DNA of 63,887 bases, filler included, from Octopus bimaculoides (Eukaryota): the NCBI RefSeq assembly GCF_001194135.2. It is 6 parts of 6 records of this genome, joined end to end, with 100 filler letters (N's around TTAATTAATTAA, not from the genome) between each part and the next. Parts side by side here need not be neighbours in the genome. Positions count along the whole stretch, not along the records: positions 13,943 to 36,085 come from NC_068994.1; 5 more parts are not named here. One strand, written 5' to 3'. The notes under the pieces are model-generated. The model saw nothing but the letters and a program-made list of their open reading frames with translations. It was not told where the DNA came from and made no database searches. The position numbers and the translations under genes are program-made. Shown here one piece after another: positions 13,843 to 26,594 of this stretch; within the stretch, counting starts at the first letter, position 1, and each line of letters begins with the position of its first letter.

Positions 13843-13942
13843 NNNNNNNNNNNNNNNNNNNNNNNNNNNNNNNNNNNNNNNNNNNNTTAATTAATTAANN
13901 NNNNNNNNNNNNNNNNNNNNNNNNNNNNNNNNNNNNNNNNNN

Positions 13943-14239
13943 AAGTGTCTTCTACTATAGCCTCGGGCCGACCAAAGCCTTGTGAGTAGATTTGGTAGAC
14001 GGAAACTGAAAGAAGCCCGTCGTATATATGTGTATATATATATATGTGTGCGTGTTTGTGTGTCTGTGTTTGTCCCCACCCCAACATCGCATGACAACCG
14101 ATGCTGGTGTGTTTACGTCCCCGTAACTTAACGGTTCGGCAAAAGAGACCGATAGAATAAGTCCTGGGGTCGATTTGCTCGACTAAAGGCGGTGCTCCAG
14201 CATGGCCGCAGTCAAATGACTGAAACAAGTAAAAGAGTA
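13943..14239 (+). mobile_element. Abundant Octopus-type SINE (CORE-like), head lost in a gap
   Basis: AAGTGTCTTCTACTATAGCCTCGGGCCGACC...GGTGCTCCAGCATGGCCGCAGTCAAATGACTGAAACAAGTAAAAGAGTA. Confidence 0.85.
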
Positions 14240-14545
14240 TGTATGTATGCATGTGTGTGTGTGTGTGTAATGTATGTGTGTATATATGTGGTGTATAGGC
14301 AGATACATACTTACAAAGAGGGGAGTGAATGGGGGGAAGTGGTGGTGGTGATAGTAGTCGTAGTAAGAAAGAGAGAGTGAGACAGACCAAGGATAGGAAA
14401 ATGTTATCAGAAAAGCGGAAAAGAAACAATATAGCAAACATTAGAAGAAAAAGGTAGAAGAAAGTGGAGTTCGAAGATGTAAAAATATAGGAATATAGAG
14501 GGAGGAGGAGTAGGAGAGAAAGAAATAGTAATGTGGAAGGAAAAC

Positions 14546-14580
<35 letters not shown>

Positions 14581-14870
14581 CTGATAAATAGTAAATGGTT
14601 AGATAGATAGGTGATAAGGGTGAAATAGATTCATAGATAACTAAACAGACAAGTAGACAGATGAACAGACAGAAAGGTAGATTATAGACAGATAAAAGAG
14701 ATAGAGAGCTATAGTATATTGATGGATACACAGACAGAGGTAAAGATACCAATGTGTTGTTTATTTGATGCAACCAGTATTATGTTTATAATTTAAGTAA
14801 AATAAACAGGATAATCTAGAGAGTAGCTGTGGTGATCAATGCATGTGATGTTGCAGTTTTCTTGCTTGTT

Positions 14871-14910
<40 letters not shown>

Positions 14911-15074
14911 ATGCACATGCAGTCAAGTATATATACGTGTGTCTGATTTACATGCATCTTTATATAGACATATAGACACAAACGTATTTACCATACTCAC
15001 ACATTCATACTCTAACACCTATATACATGTATTGACAAATGGACAGATAACCCTCTTCTCAAAGGATCTTTGTC

Positions 15075-15360
15075 TTGCAAGTGACTAAGTGACCTCGCTG
15101 GTGCTAGTGTCATATAAAAAGCATCCAGTCCAGTCTCTAAAGTGGTTGCTATTTGGAAGGACATCCAACTGTAAAAATCATATCAAAGTAGGCCTTGCTG
15201 GGGCTGGTGCCATATAAAAAGCACCCAGTCCATTCTGTAAAGTGATTGGCATTAACCATGCCAAAACAGTGGAGTCTGGTGCAGTCCTTCGGCTTGCCAG
15301 CTCCTGTCAAACTATCGAACCTATACCAGCATAGAGACGGACATTAAAGGATGATGATAT
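15075..15360 (+). mobile_element. RTE-tail repeat (one example; further copies at about 36490-36660, 38430-38610, 41250-41442, 42820-42900, 44990-45140, 48735-48922, 49815-49906/50139-50178, 51925-52225, 59870-60003, 60075-60480 and 61690-61966)
   Basis: Shared AAAAGCACC...GGTTGGC.TTAGGAAGGGCATCC...CCATGCCAGCATGG..(TGA)n architecture. Confidence 0.75.
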
Positions 15361-16471
15361 ATATATATTAGTAGTGTTTCCTTCATGAATACAAGATATG
15401 CAATGGATGCCTTCAATATATAAATAAATGTCAATAACAAATGAGGAGATTTGAATTTAAATCTTTCATTTCTATGAGACAATTGGAAAGATGGAACATC
15501 ATGCTGTATGTACTCTAGTTATATGGTTTGGTTTGATTAGGAGGAAGGGTGACAGAGAGATAAGAGGATTTCAAAGAATTAAAAAAGATAACAGTTGAAG
15601 ACTTGGCAGGTATAAACAGGAGCAAGGCCCAGATGTATATANNNNNNNNNNNNNNNNNNNNNNNNNNNNNNNNNNNNNNNNNNNNNNNNNNNNNNNNNNN
15701 NNNNNNNNNNNNNNNNNNNNNNNNNNNNNNNNNNNNNNNNNNNNNNNNNNNNNNNNNNNNNNNNNNNNNNNNNNNNNNNNNNNNNNNNNNNNNNNNNNNN
15801 NNNNNNNNNNNNNNNNNNNNNNNNNNNNNNNNNNNNNNNNNNNNNNNNNNNNNNNNNNNNNNNNNNNNNNNNNNNNNNNNNNNNNNNNNNNNNNNNNNNN
15901 NNNNNNNNNNNNNNNNNNNNNNNNNNNNNNNNNNNNNNNNNNNNNNNNNNNNNNNNNNNNNNNNNNNNNNNNNNNNNNNNNNNNNNNNNNNNNNNNNNNN
16001 NNNNNNNNNNNNNNNNNNNNNNNNNNNNNNNNNNNNNNNNNNNNNNNNNNNNNNNNNNNNNNNNNNNNNNNNNNNNNNNNNNNNNNNNNNNNNNNNNNNN
16101 NNNNNNNNNNNNNNNNNNNNNNNNNNNNNNNNNNNNNNNNNNNNNNNNNNNNNNNNNNNNNNNNNNNNNNNNNNNNNNNNNNNNNNNNNNNNNNNNNNNN
16201 NNNNNNNNNNNNNNNNNNNNNNNNNNNNNNNNNNNNNNNNNNNNNNNNNNNNNNNNNNNNNNNNNNNNNNNNNNNNNNNNNNNNNNNNNNNNNNNNNNNN
16301 NNNNNNNNNNNNNNNNNNNNNNNNNNNNNNNNNNNNNNNNNNNNNNNNNNNNNNNNNNNNNNNNNNNNNNNNNNNNNNNNNNNNNNNNNNNNNNNNNNNN
16401 NNNNNNNNNNNNNNNNNNNNNNNNNNNNNNNNNNNNNNNNNNNNNNNNNNNNNNNNNNNNNNNNNNNNNNN

Positions 16472-16517
<46 letters not shown>

Positions 16518-16519
16518 TA

Positions 16520-18800
16520 TATTATATTACATATCCTTGCTGCTATTACTACCACCATTTTAACATGTTTCACAATGTTTGCAAAGATAATCAAGTCTTC
16601 TCCAGCATTATGTGTCACCAATCATCAAGATCCTTTTTCATTTCCTCCATAAGGGGCAATATCTTCAGATCACTATTCACCATTTCATATAACTTTTCTC
16701 TGACTCCATCTTCCATAGATTGTACTCACTTGAGTGCACTTCTTTATACTGCTATCATCTTCCATATGTATTGTGTACATGTTGTAACAGTACTTTTCTT
16801 TTGTACACTGCATCTAATTCTTCTTTTCTCTCAGCTCATTTGCACTCAGTTGCTCATACACACTAACATTACTGATATAGTGGAGCATACTTATTTAATT
16901 TCCTTTTAGTCATCACAAATACTTTACATTTAAGATTCATGTCTCGCTTCCATGCAGTGTTACATTTCATATACAAGTATCATACACTCTATCTTCACTC
17001 TTAGGGAGAAACCGTTTGCTGTGGATAGTGGTACTTGCATTCTGAACTTTACCCCATTCATTCTTTTTTTGTAACTATGCATTCAGAACATTCACCCAAC
17101 CCACTACTAATTAGACCACCTAGGTAACAGAAACTATTAACTACTTCTAGAGAGTCACTTGACATTTAAGAGACTCAATTTTTGTGGTGTTTTCATTCCT
17201 TAATGCTGTGCATCTGCTGCATGTGAAGTTTACCTTCTATTAGCTGATTTGGGATGCTACTACACCACTTTTGCATCCAAGGTATATGCTGGGTACACTG
17301 TATCGAATTCCTACTTTCTCCTTTTCTCCATATTGAACATTGCCATTTTGCTTATGGGAGCAAGGTCTTGTCTTCTAATTAAATAAGTTTTAGCAAAGTT
17401 TACTTTGAAACCTCTAGATTCTAGGTCTTGCTTCCATGTCTGAAATTCTTTTCTAAATCTATCTCAGATTTAGCTATAAAAACTAGATTATCTGCATATA
17501 GAAGTTACTTTGGACAACTAGTCTTAAATTTGCCTATTATAGCATGGATGACTATAATGAACAGAATGGAGTTGAAAACTTAGCCCTGGTATACTCCATC
17601 CAGCACATTAAATTTGTCACTGTACTCACTGCAAATTCTTACTTTGCTGACCATTCCTTTGTACATGGCTTGTGCAGTTCTCTCAAGTCATCCATTGACA
17701 TCTAATTTCTTGGCAGCCAGCAGATTACAGAACATGTAACTTTGACAAAGGCCATCTGTAGGAAATAAAATATTAGTTACCAAGGCTTCCTCTTAGCTAA
17801 GTACTTTCCAACTATGCACACACATACACACACATGCATGTGTGTGCATGTGCGCTTTATTCTTTTGCTAAGTTTATTCTTAAGCCTCTTGATTCTGGGT
17901 TTTGTTTCCATGTTTGGAATTTCTTCTCTCAATACAAGGTCATCAACATAGAGTTTTCACAAATATTTGGTCATAAACTCTTCTGTTATGACTTGGAGAG
18001 CTACAATAATAATAGGAAAGAGTTGGGAAGTGAGTCTTGATAAAACTTTCCTGTGGACTAAGTTCCATTGCCAACCCTCCTGTTACTGGTTGCATTCCTG
18101 CACCTGTGTATGGCTTGCACAGCTCTTGTATGCCATTCATCAATTGGTTTTCATAAAGACTACCAGAGTATAGTTCAAGGCACCCTGACAAAGTCTTTTG
18201 CCAGATCAAGCAAATGCTAGGTAAAGGGGCTTACTCTCATCTAAAAACTTCTTTTGCAGTAATTTTGTGATGACAAGAGCATCAGTAGTATCCTAACCTG
18301 AGACAAATCTGAACCACATTTCGTCAAAGTTGATTCTCTTCCTAATATCTTGATTCATCAGTTTGATATTTCTATAGTTGCTTTTTTTAGAGAAGTTCTT
18401 TGCTCTTTTAACTGTTGATCATTATACTGCTATGCCAGTCATTGGATATGTCACTTTCATATTTTATTTGGAGCAACTAGCTTGAACTCTACTTCACTAG
18501 TTAGTTTCAGCATCTCAGTGAGTATTCCTGGTGGATCTACTACTTCCCTTGTCTTCATATTCTTAATGGTCTTTTCAAAGTGTCTACTTTAATAGCTAGT
18601 ACCTCTGCTAAGTATATTTGAGATAGTTCTTGTATATTTTCCACCTTCAGCAATCTCTCATAATAACATTCCTAAGCCTCCTCCCTCTCACTGTCAGTGA
18701 GGGAAAGTGTGCCACTGTCATTTGAAGCATACTTTTCCCCAATAGCAACATCCTGATTCACTCTGATATACTGCTTTGCAAGTCAAAGCAGCTCATGCTT
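16520..18800 (-). mobile_element. Older, heavily degraded RTE-clade LINE (RT and 3' region) with a partly duplicated RT segment
   Basis: Frame-hopping reading gives MKT..DPPGILTEMLK, DTTDALV..LLQKK, LLYADNLVFIA and VTLHGSET. The IDEWHTRAVQAIHR-like block occurs twice. Confidence 0.75.
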
Positions 18801-18838
18801 ATAGAATATTGATAAACTTCTTGCTTAGCATCTCTTCT

Positions 18839-21800
18839 CATCATCATCATCATCATTTAATGTCTCTTGTCCATGCTGGCATGGGTTGGATGGTTTGAGT
18901 GGTGCTAGCAAGCTGGAAAGCTACACCAGACTCCAGTCTGATTTGACATGGTTTCTACAGCTGGAGACCCTTCCTAATGGCAACCACTCCGAGTGTGTGA
19001 TGGGTGGTTTTACATGCCACTGGCATGGGTGCCATCTGCATGACACCAGTATCTGCCACAACTGTGATCTTCCTCTGATTGATGAGTCTTCTTCTCAAGC
19101 ATGACATAATGCCAAAGGTCCCAGTCATTGCCTCTGTGAGGCCCAAAGTTTGAAGATCATGCTTCACCACCCCATCCCATGTCTTCCTGGGTCTACCACT
19201 ACGACAGATTCCCTCCCCAGTTTGAGATTGGCAATTCTTTACACAGCTGTCCTTGTCCATATGCATCACAAGACCATACCAGTGCAGTTGTCTCTCTTGC
19301 ATCTTATGCCTAACTTTTCTTTCTAGATGCTTACACTCTGTTAAACATGCACGCTGATATTGCACATCAAGCAAAACATATTGGCTTCATTCCTTTCAAG
19401 CCTATGCATGTCCTCGACTGTCACAGCTCATGTTTCACTGCCATGTAGCATAGTTGTTTGCAGACAGGCATCATACAGTCTGCCTTTCACTCTGAGGGAG
19501 AGGCCCTTTGTTGCCAGCAGAGGTAGGAGCTCTCTGAACTTTGCCCAGCCTATTCTTATTCTAGCAGCTATGCTCTCGGAGTATCCACCTCTGAAGTTTT
19601 TACCTATGTCTTTTCTACAGATCAAGCAGGGCTATCTACTGAAGGGATTTCTGATTTGTCTGCCTTCCTACTTACTAAGACTTTGGTTTTTGCTAGATTA
19701 ACTCTAATATCCTTCGATTCCAGACCTTGCTTCCATACTTGGAACTTCTTCTCTAGTTCTGGTAGGGATTCAGCTATAAGAGCAAGGTCGGTCATCAGCA
19801 TAGAGAAGCTCCCAGGGGAAGCCTGTTTTAAATTCCTCTGTTATTGCCTGGAGGATTATGATGAACAAGAGGAGGCTGAGGACCAATTCTTGGTAAACCC
19901 CTACCTGTACCCTGAATTCTTCACTATACTCATTGCCAACCTTCACCTTACTGGTACTGTCCCTGTACAAGGCTTGTACAGCTCTCACCAGCCATTTGTC
20001 TATCCCTAGTTTCCGCATTGACCTCCAGATAAGGGATCGGGGGACCCTGTCAAAGGCTTTCTCCCAATCAACAAAAGCTAAGTACAGAGGTTTATCTTTG
20101 GCTAGGTATTTATCCTGTAGCTGCCTTACCACAAATATAGCATCAGTGGTGCTTCTCCCTGGCACAAAACCAAACTACATCTCATCTAGACTAACTCTCC
20201 CTAATTAGTTGGGCTATGTCCCTCTCCATAACTTTTATCACTTGATCCAACAATTTGATACCTCTGTAATTATTTCTATCTTTTGTAGCAGTTGACTATG
20301 GTGCTGCTACACCAGCCATTAGGTATGACTCCTTTGTGAACCCCCTGATTTACAATATGGGTAACTAGAGCATCACCCATATTGCCAGATCTTTTAAGCA
20401 TCATACCAGTAATTCCTGACAGGCTGGGGGTTTTCCTTCTCTTCATATCCTTAAGTGCACTATCTACCAGGGCACTGTCAATTTGGGTAGCTGGTCCCTC
20501 AATTGGGTCCATGTTCAGGAATCTTTCATAATGGTGTTTCTAAACTGCTTTCTTTACAGAATCATTAAATGCAAGTGCACTACCATCCATGTGGACACAT
20601 TTCTCTTCAATGACATCACAATTTTCTCTCACACACTATCTTGCAATCTGAAACACTTCAGTTCTTTGATCCTCACGTCGCTGAACATAGGCAAACTTCT
20701 TTTCTGCTTCTCCCTTGGCTAGATATACCTATCTCCTAGCTTAACTTCTAATTGTCTGAAACAGTTCCTTACTGCCCCGACTCGTCCAGACCTTCCAGGC
20801 TTATTTCTTTGTTTTAATGGCCCTGTCTACAGCATTGTTCCACCACCACGTTATCCTAGGTCTGGATAGGACTTCGTACAAGCCACAGATTTTGTCTGTG
20901 GCACTCAGCAAACTGTCCCACAGGAATTCCCAGTTGCTTTCTATGTACATAGCTCCTCCTCCCTTCCATCAAATTTCTCAATTAGGATGTCCCTAAATCT
21001 CTGACCATATGAAGGGTCCTTAAGCTTCCAAATCCTTCTTTTCCAGATTGGTCTGCTTCTTGGCATCCTTCTGGCCCAGAGTCTAAAGTCACTAATGATT
21101 AGTCTATGCTGAGGGGTACATTCTTCACCAGGGAGGGTCTTTGTATCTGAGAACAATCATGCATCCTGCTGTCTGGTGAGAATGTAATCGATCTGGTTAT
21201 CACAGTCATCTGATTTGTAGGTTATCAGGTGGCTGGCTGGCTTCCTGAAGTTGGTGTTGCAGATCAAAAGGTTATTTGTATCACAGAACTCCAGTAGCCT
21301 AATTCCCTCTTCATTTCGGGAACCAATTCCATGGCTCCCATGTACACCATGGAGAATACCAGGCTGCTGTCCAACATGTCTGTTGAAATCCCCAGCCACG
21401 AAGATGAGATCATTGTCACTTGTCTTTGATGTAGCCTGCAGAAGAATATCAGAAAAGTGGTCCTTCTGTTCATTTGGTAGGCTTGCTTGTGGGGCATAGG
21501 CAGAGATAATTGTCACTATACTATTCTGCAAGGCTAGCCTGAGCTTAAGCACTCTATCACACACTCTGACTACCTTTATGACCTTATCCGCCAATTTCTC
21601 TGCAAGAAGTATGCCCACATCACCTACCCTATCACTGTTACTTTCCCAGTAGATTTTATACCTATGTGTGTTGCCTGTGAAGAACCATGTTGAAGCTCCT
21701 TTCCACCTTACCTCTTGGATGCAGCATACATCAACACACCTCCATTCAACGATCTTGCTAGACCTACCTTTCAATGTGCCTACATTGACAGTGTCAACTC

Positions 21801-21858
21801 TGAAAACTAGGAAAGGGACGTGGGAGGAAACATGGGAAGGAGTGATGGTAATCAGCAC
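18839..21858 (-). mobile_element. RTE-clade LINE, near full length, pseudogenised (APE endonuclease + RT + 3' tail)
   Basis: APE motifs (TVNVGTL, VCCIQEVRWKG, ISAYAPQ, VAGDFN), RT motifs (PGRSTTDAIFVVRQLQ, LAFVD.EKAFDRVPR, ELLYADD), C-terminal MLHGSET and GRPRKTW, and a (TGA)n tail at ~18839-18857. Many frameshifts. Confidence 0.93.
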
Positions 21859-24429
21859 CCAAAATCCTTGGTTTTCATTCCTTGCTGCCCTCCTTCACCC
21901 ATTATTCTCAGGCCTGTTTTTTAGCTTTTCTTATTCTATCTACAGTAATATTTCAGGCACCATATTACCTTTTAGCTGACTGGAAACTTGCTCAAGTCAG
22001 AGATTTGGTCAGTAACTCATAGCTAATTGTCTCATAGAAACTCCTATTTATCCTCCTCCTTGTATACATTACTGAGAACCTTTCTAAATCTATTATCAGG
22101 AGAAGAATATTTCAGTTTCCACGCCATCTTTCCCTAAAATGTCTCTGGGTCCACTTAGTGCTTCTTCTGAAGTCATTAATTACTTTGTCTATGTTGAGTG
22201 GTACATTCTTTATTGAAGAACTACCTTGCATTCACAATTATCTGCCTATCTTATATCCTGTTGAGAATGAAGTCTCTCTGACTTGCATATTCATCAGAAT
22301 GGCATCTCTGTAATTTATTGGACTAACTTTGACAGGTGTAGATGCAATCCTGATAACCTGGTAAGTAGAGTAGAGTATCAGGTGGAAGGTGAATTGATAT
22401 TTGAGGTCTGTTTCCTATGACTGAAAGGACATGTGTGATCACGGAGTTCTCAAACAGAACCAACCAACCTTTCCACTACTGAATAGATGTTAGTAGTACT
22501 AGAATGGTAAGCTTAGACTCCTCTAAACGATTATTATTCTTAAAAAAAATTGCAAGTTCTATTCTGCTTTGATAACGCCCTATAACCTTCATTTAACCGT
22601 TTTGAATTTCTTTGGAAAAGGCATGAACACCACAACATTACATATCTATTATCATGCTTTACTCTTTCCCAATGCAGATTTATCCATGTGCTTCTAAAAA
22701 AAAATTTGATATTCAAAAAAAGCAAATTTTTTTACTGTAAAACTAATGGAAAATTAAAATAGATAATCAACAAACCTCAACTCTTCCTTCCCCTCTTCTT
22801 CCTCACCCATCAACCCATCCATTATTGGCACTCATCTCTTTGACTTTACTCTGGAAGATGAGGCTTTACCACAGCATCAGGTGAGGTGGCGGTAGCAGAG
22901 ATAATAGTAGAGGTATGAGTGGATTTGTTTCTGCTTGTCTTCCAATTCCTTCCTCTGTGAGCATTTGTAAAAATACATGTCTGTTTAATTGGTCCAAATG
23001 ATGATGAGATACAATCAAAGAATTCTAATGAACAAATCTGAATTCAATAGTGATATTTTTCACAATTAAAATGTCCGCTGATGTTAAAACTTCCCTGCCA
23101 ATAGTCTTAGATCTCGTTAATTTAACGCCATTAACATTCATTGAAGTTAATTGCAAATTTCAATCCATTCGTTTACAGTTTACATTTAGCAATATTCTTT
23201 CTTGGGTATATGTGTGTGTGTGTGTGTGTGTGTGCGTGTGGGTATATGTGTTTGTGTGTGTATGTATTTGTGTGTGTGTGAGCACCCCAACCACTAAGAT
23301 AATGACACACACACATATGCACATACTGATATGAACATACATGTATGTACAAGCATGCATGTAGGTATGTGTGAATGTGTTTGCGTGTGTGTGTGTGTGT
23401 GTGTGTTTGTACACTTATTCATAGATACCAACACACCTACACACACAAATATATATATATATACATGTGTGTGTGTGAACCAGTTTTTCTAAATTCTGTC
23501 TTGCTAATTCCTCAACTGAACAGCTTTGTTGTTTTACTTCGAGGACAAACCTCAGTAACTTTCTGCTTACACAGTAAATTTTATGTGTTGCTACTACCGT
23601 TGAAACTATTGTTGTTACTGAGGCTGTTGTTACAGTAACTTCACTGCCATATGAAGCGTACTGTTGCTGTTGAAGCTGCTGGTATATCTATCATTTCTCC
23701 TGAGTAAGTTTTCTAAAATGAGTAAGGTGAGTGGTAACTGCTAAATATCTGCTCTTTATGTCTTATTAATATCATCATGATGACCATCGCCAGCATTATT
23801 TTCATTATCATTATCATTGACAGTGGCTTTGGCATTGTCATCGTCATTGCATCTGACACCATCACTGTGAAAACTGTGTGCCTGATGTCCATCTTTGATG
23901 CCATTTATAATGTGTTTTGATGGTGTGTAGCTGATGGTAAAACAGATAGGCTGGATCTCAAAATTAGGTCATTTAGATTATCTGATAAAATATTAACTCA
24001 AAAGAATGCCACATGATATGAGCCACACTGAAAATACTGCTCACATGCCCATGATGGATAGATTGCTATACCCATAAACATTCTAGATATGTTGTCCTAT
24101 CAAGAGAAGCACCTACTACTTCCTCCTCATTTCCACATTTTCCTTGTACACAATATGATTACACATGCAAGCCACTCACTATCACCCTTACTATCCCATG
24201 CCATTAGACTCACACACTTGCACGCCTCTACATACATATATCCCCTAAAACTGCATACACACACCTCCTACCTTATGCCTGTATCCATATATGGATACAC
24301 TCCTATACATGCCCTACCTCTCCTCCCTTCCTAGCTCTGTCTATAGAACCACATTACTACCTGGCCTCTAACCTCCACACACGATTCTTTCCTTTTTCTT
24401 CTAAGCACTTTTACTCTTCAATTTTTTTA

Positions 24430-24860
24430 ATATTTTTTCATGTGACGGGCTAGCGTCCAAAATGTCAAGATTCTTTCTCTTGAGAATTCAACAATATAGC
24501 TATCCAAATCATCACGGTAGTGCCTAAACAATGAGAGTTGAATGCTTCTTTGGGCTGTTTCCAATGCAAAGTCACCCAAATTGGGGAAAAAATGGTGAAT
24601 GATTCATCATAAAAGATAACATTGTTCCATTGTGCCACTGACCACTTTTGATAGTCTAGATAACATTTACCAGTTTATCAATGTTGATGGGGGACAGGAG
24701 TGGTTTAGTAATTGCAACCCTTACTATGGTTTACATCTTTACAAAACTCACGATGAAAAATTTAGCTCTAATATCATTTTTTGTTGTTTTTTTACACACA
24801 GTATATTTTACTATTCTGCAGTCCTCTCTGTCAGCTTTGTGTTCAAAAATCATGCTTGCA
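24430..24860 (-). mobile_element. Tc1/mariner (Tc1-like) transposase relic
   Basis: KLTER, RVAITKPLLSPINIDK, DYQKWSVAQWNNVIFYDES (first DDE Asp), W.QPKEAFNSHCL..TVMIW. Several frameshifts. Confidence 0.82.
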
Positions 24861-25613
24861 AAAACTGGGTTTTATCTTAGTCAGGATTTTTAGAGGTGGT
24901 GCCTCTTGAAATATAAAACAATTCAGCAATTTTAGTAACTGAAGCTGCAGTCATCCACACTCCAGTGATTTGGCCTCTTTGTAAATCAGATAGATCACAC
25001 ATTTTATATTATTTAAATATAAATATCTGCTCATCCAACTGCCCAGGAACAACAAAAAGGGGGTGGGGACAAAACAGAAGGATATATCATGAAGTACAAG
25101 AATACATAATGTATGCAAACATGTATATACAGACTATAACAGTTTTGAATTTGTCATATTCTCAATGAGTAAAAATAGTTGAATAAAAAGTAGCAGTCAC
25201 ATTATTTTGTCCAATCCCTGATTATATATATATATTTCCAATAATAACCAATAATAATAATAACGTATATAACTTGAGATGTTGGCTTTGCCTTAACGTT
25301 TGTTGTCCTCTTTAACAATTATATATTCGCTGCATCAGAAATCTGCAATGGCTCGATAACTACTGTCTCGGCTATAAATTGGAGCCCTAGTAGTCTGTTA
25401 CGGCACTTACCTATCGTATCTAATCGTTTAGATCACCTGTACGTGCATATAGAAACACACACACACACACAATGAAGCACTAGCTTGGGCCACCTATAAG
25501 GAAAAAAATCAAGTTCACACCTGGTAAAACCCTAAATAATACTAATACCTACGCACCTAAAGTAGAAAACAACACCAAACATAAGATTATAGGAAAAAAT
25601 AAACAAAACCCAA

Positions 25614-26548
25614 ATGAATAACAATAATAGCAACAACACACGAAATAGGTTAAAAGAGCGAAACAAAAAATACAAAATTTCCGAGTTCCTATGGTATAAC
25701 CCAATTTTCAGATTGCAAATATCATCGAAGATAGGTAAACCATTCTTTGCAGCGTTAGATAGGTGTTTCCCTAAAATACATACCATCATATCTTCAACAA
25801 GCACTCAGTATGTATGTATGTACGCTACATATAACAATATGGAGTACTACATACACAAATACAACAATATAAAAAATATACACGCAGACAACGACCACAA
25901 ACACGAAGCTAACAGAACAAAACAACACAATGTATGGGAACAACAAAAATAAACACAATAGAGATCACAAAAACAAGGATAACGATCCCGACAGTTATAA
26001 TAGGAACCGAACAAAAACTGAAAAAAAAAAAAGAAACAACAAAACAATCAATAGCATCAAAAACACTGTAATCATCACGAAACAAAAACAAAAAGTCACC
26101 AAATAGTATAAAAAATAATAATAGTGCAAATCATTGCAGCTCTCGCAACAAATCTGTATGTCCACTCATGAATTAATGCATGTAAAAAAACACATCATAT
26201 ACAAATGCACAATCACCACATGATAACATAAATATGCATACATAGGAGCCTCCGAAAACCAATTCAAGGTCCGTTATCACAACCATATCTCTTTATTTGG
26301 AAAAATAAGTCAGTGACACGCAACGTCACTAGCGGATCTAATATGGAGATTAAAAGAAGGAAAAATAAAATATGTGAAATAGAATGCTCAATAATAAAAA
26401 ATACACCCGTATAATATATTATCTGGGGTGTGTGACTTGTGCCATGAAAAAGCTTTGTGTATCCTGTTCAGCAAAGACAACCAGCAAAGACAAATGAGAG
26501 AGTCCAAGATGTTGCCACCACTCAAAATATTCATTTTCCCGATACTGC
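25614..26548 (+). mobile_element. Penelope-like element remnant (Naiad-like linker + GIY-YIG endonuclease)
   Basis: FLWYNPIF...KIGKPFFAALDRCFPK.H (WFNPPF...IGK.FL.L.D.HFP-like), then CSSRNKSVCPL.N.C...IIYKCTI...AYIGASENQFKVRYHNH...TSLADLIWRLKE and CDLCHEKALCIL. A low-complexity CAA-rich insert occupies ~25860-26100. Confidence 0.8.
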
Positions 26549-26549
26549 A

Positions 26550-26593
<44 letters not shown>

Positions 26594-26594
<1 letters not shown>

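Noticed and set aside
19864-19890. CTGAGGA-CCAA-TTC-TTGG-TAAAC hammerhead look-alike
   Set aside because: Lacks G12 and is the antisense of RT coding sequence; coincidence.
25411-25436. 26-nt minus-strand segment with acag| and |gtaagt sites
   Set aside because: Stops in all three frames and no partner exon; cannot be supported without RNA data.
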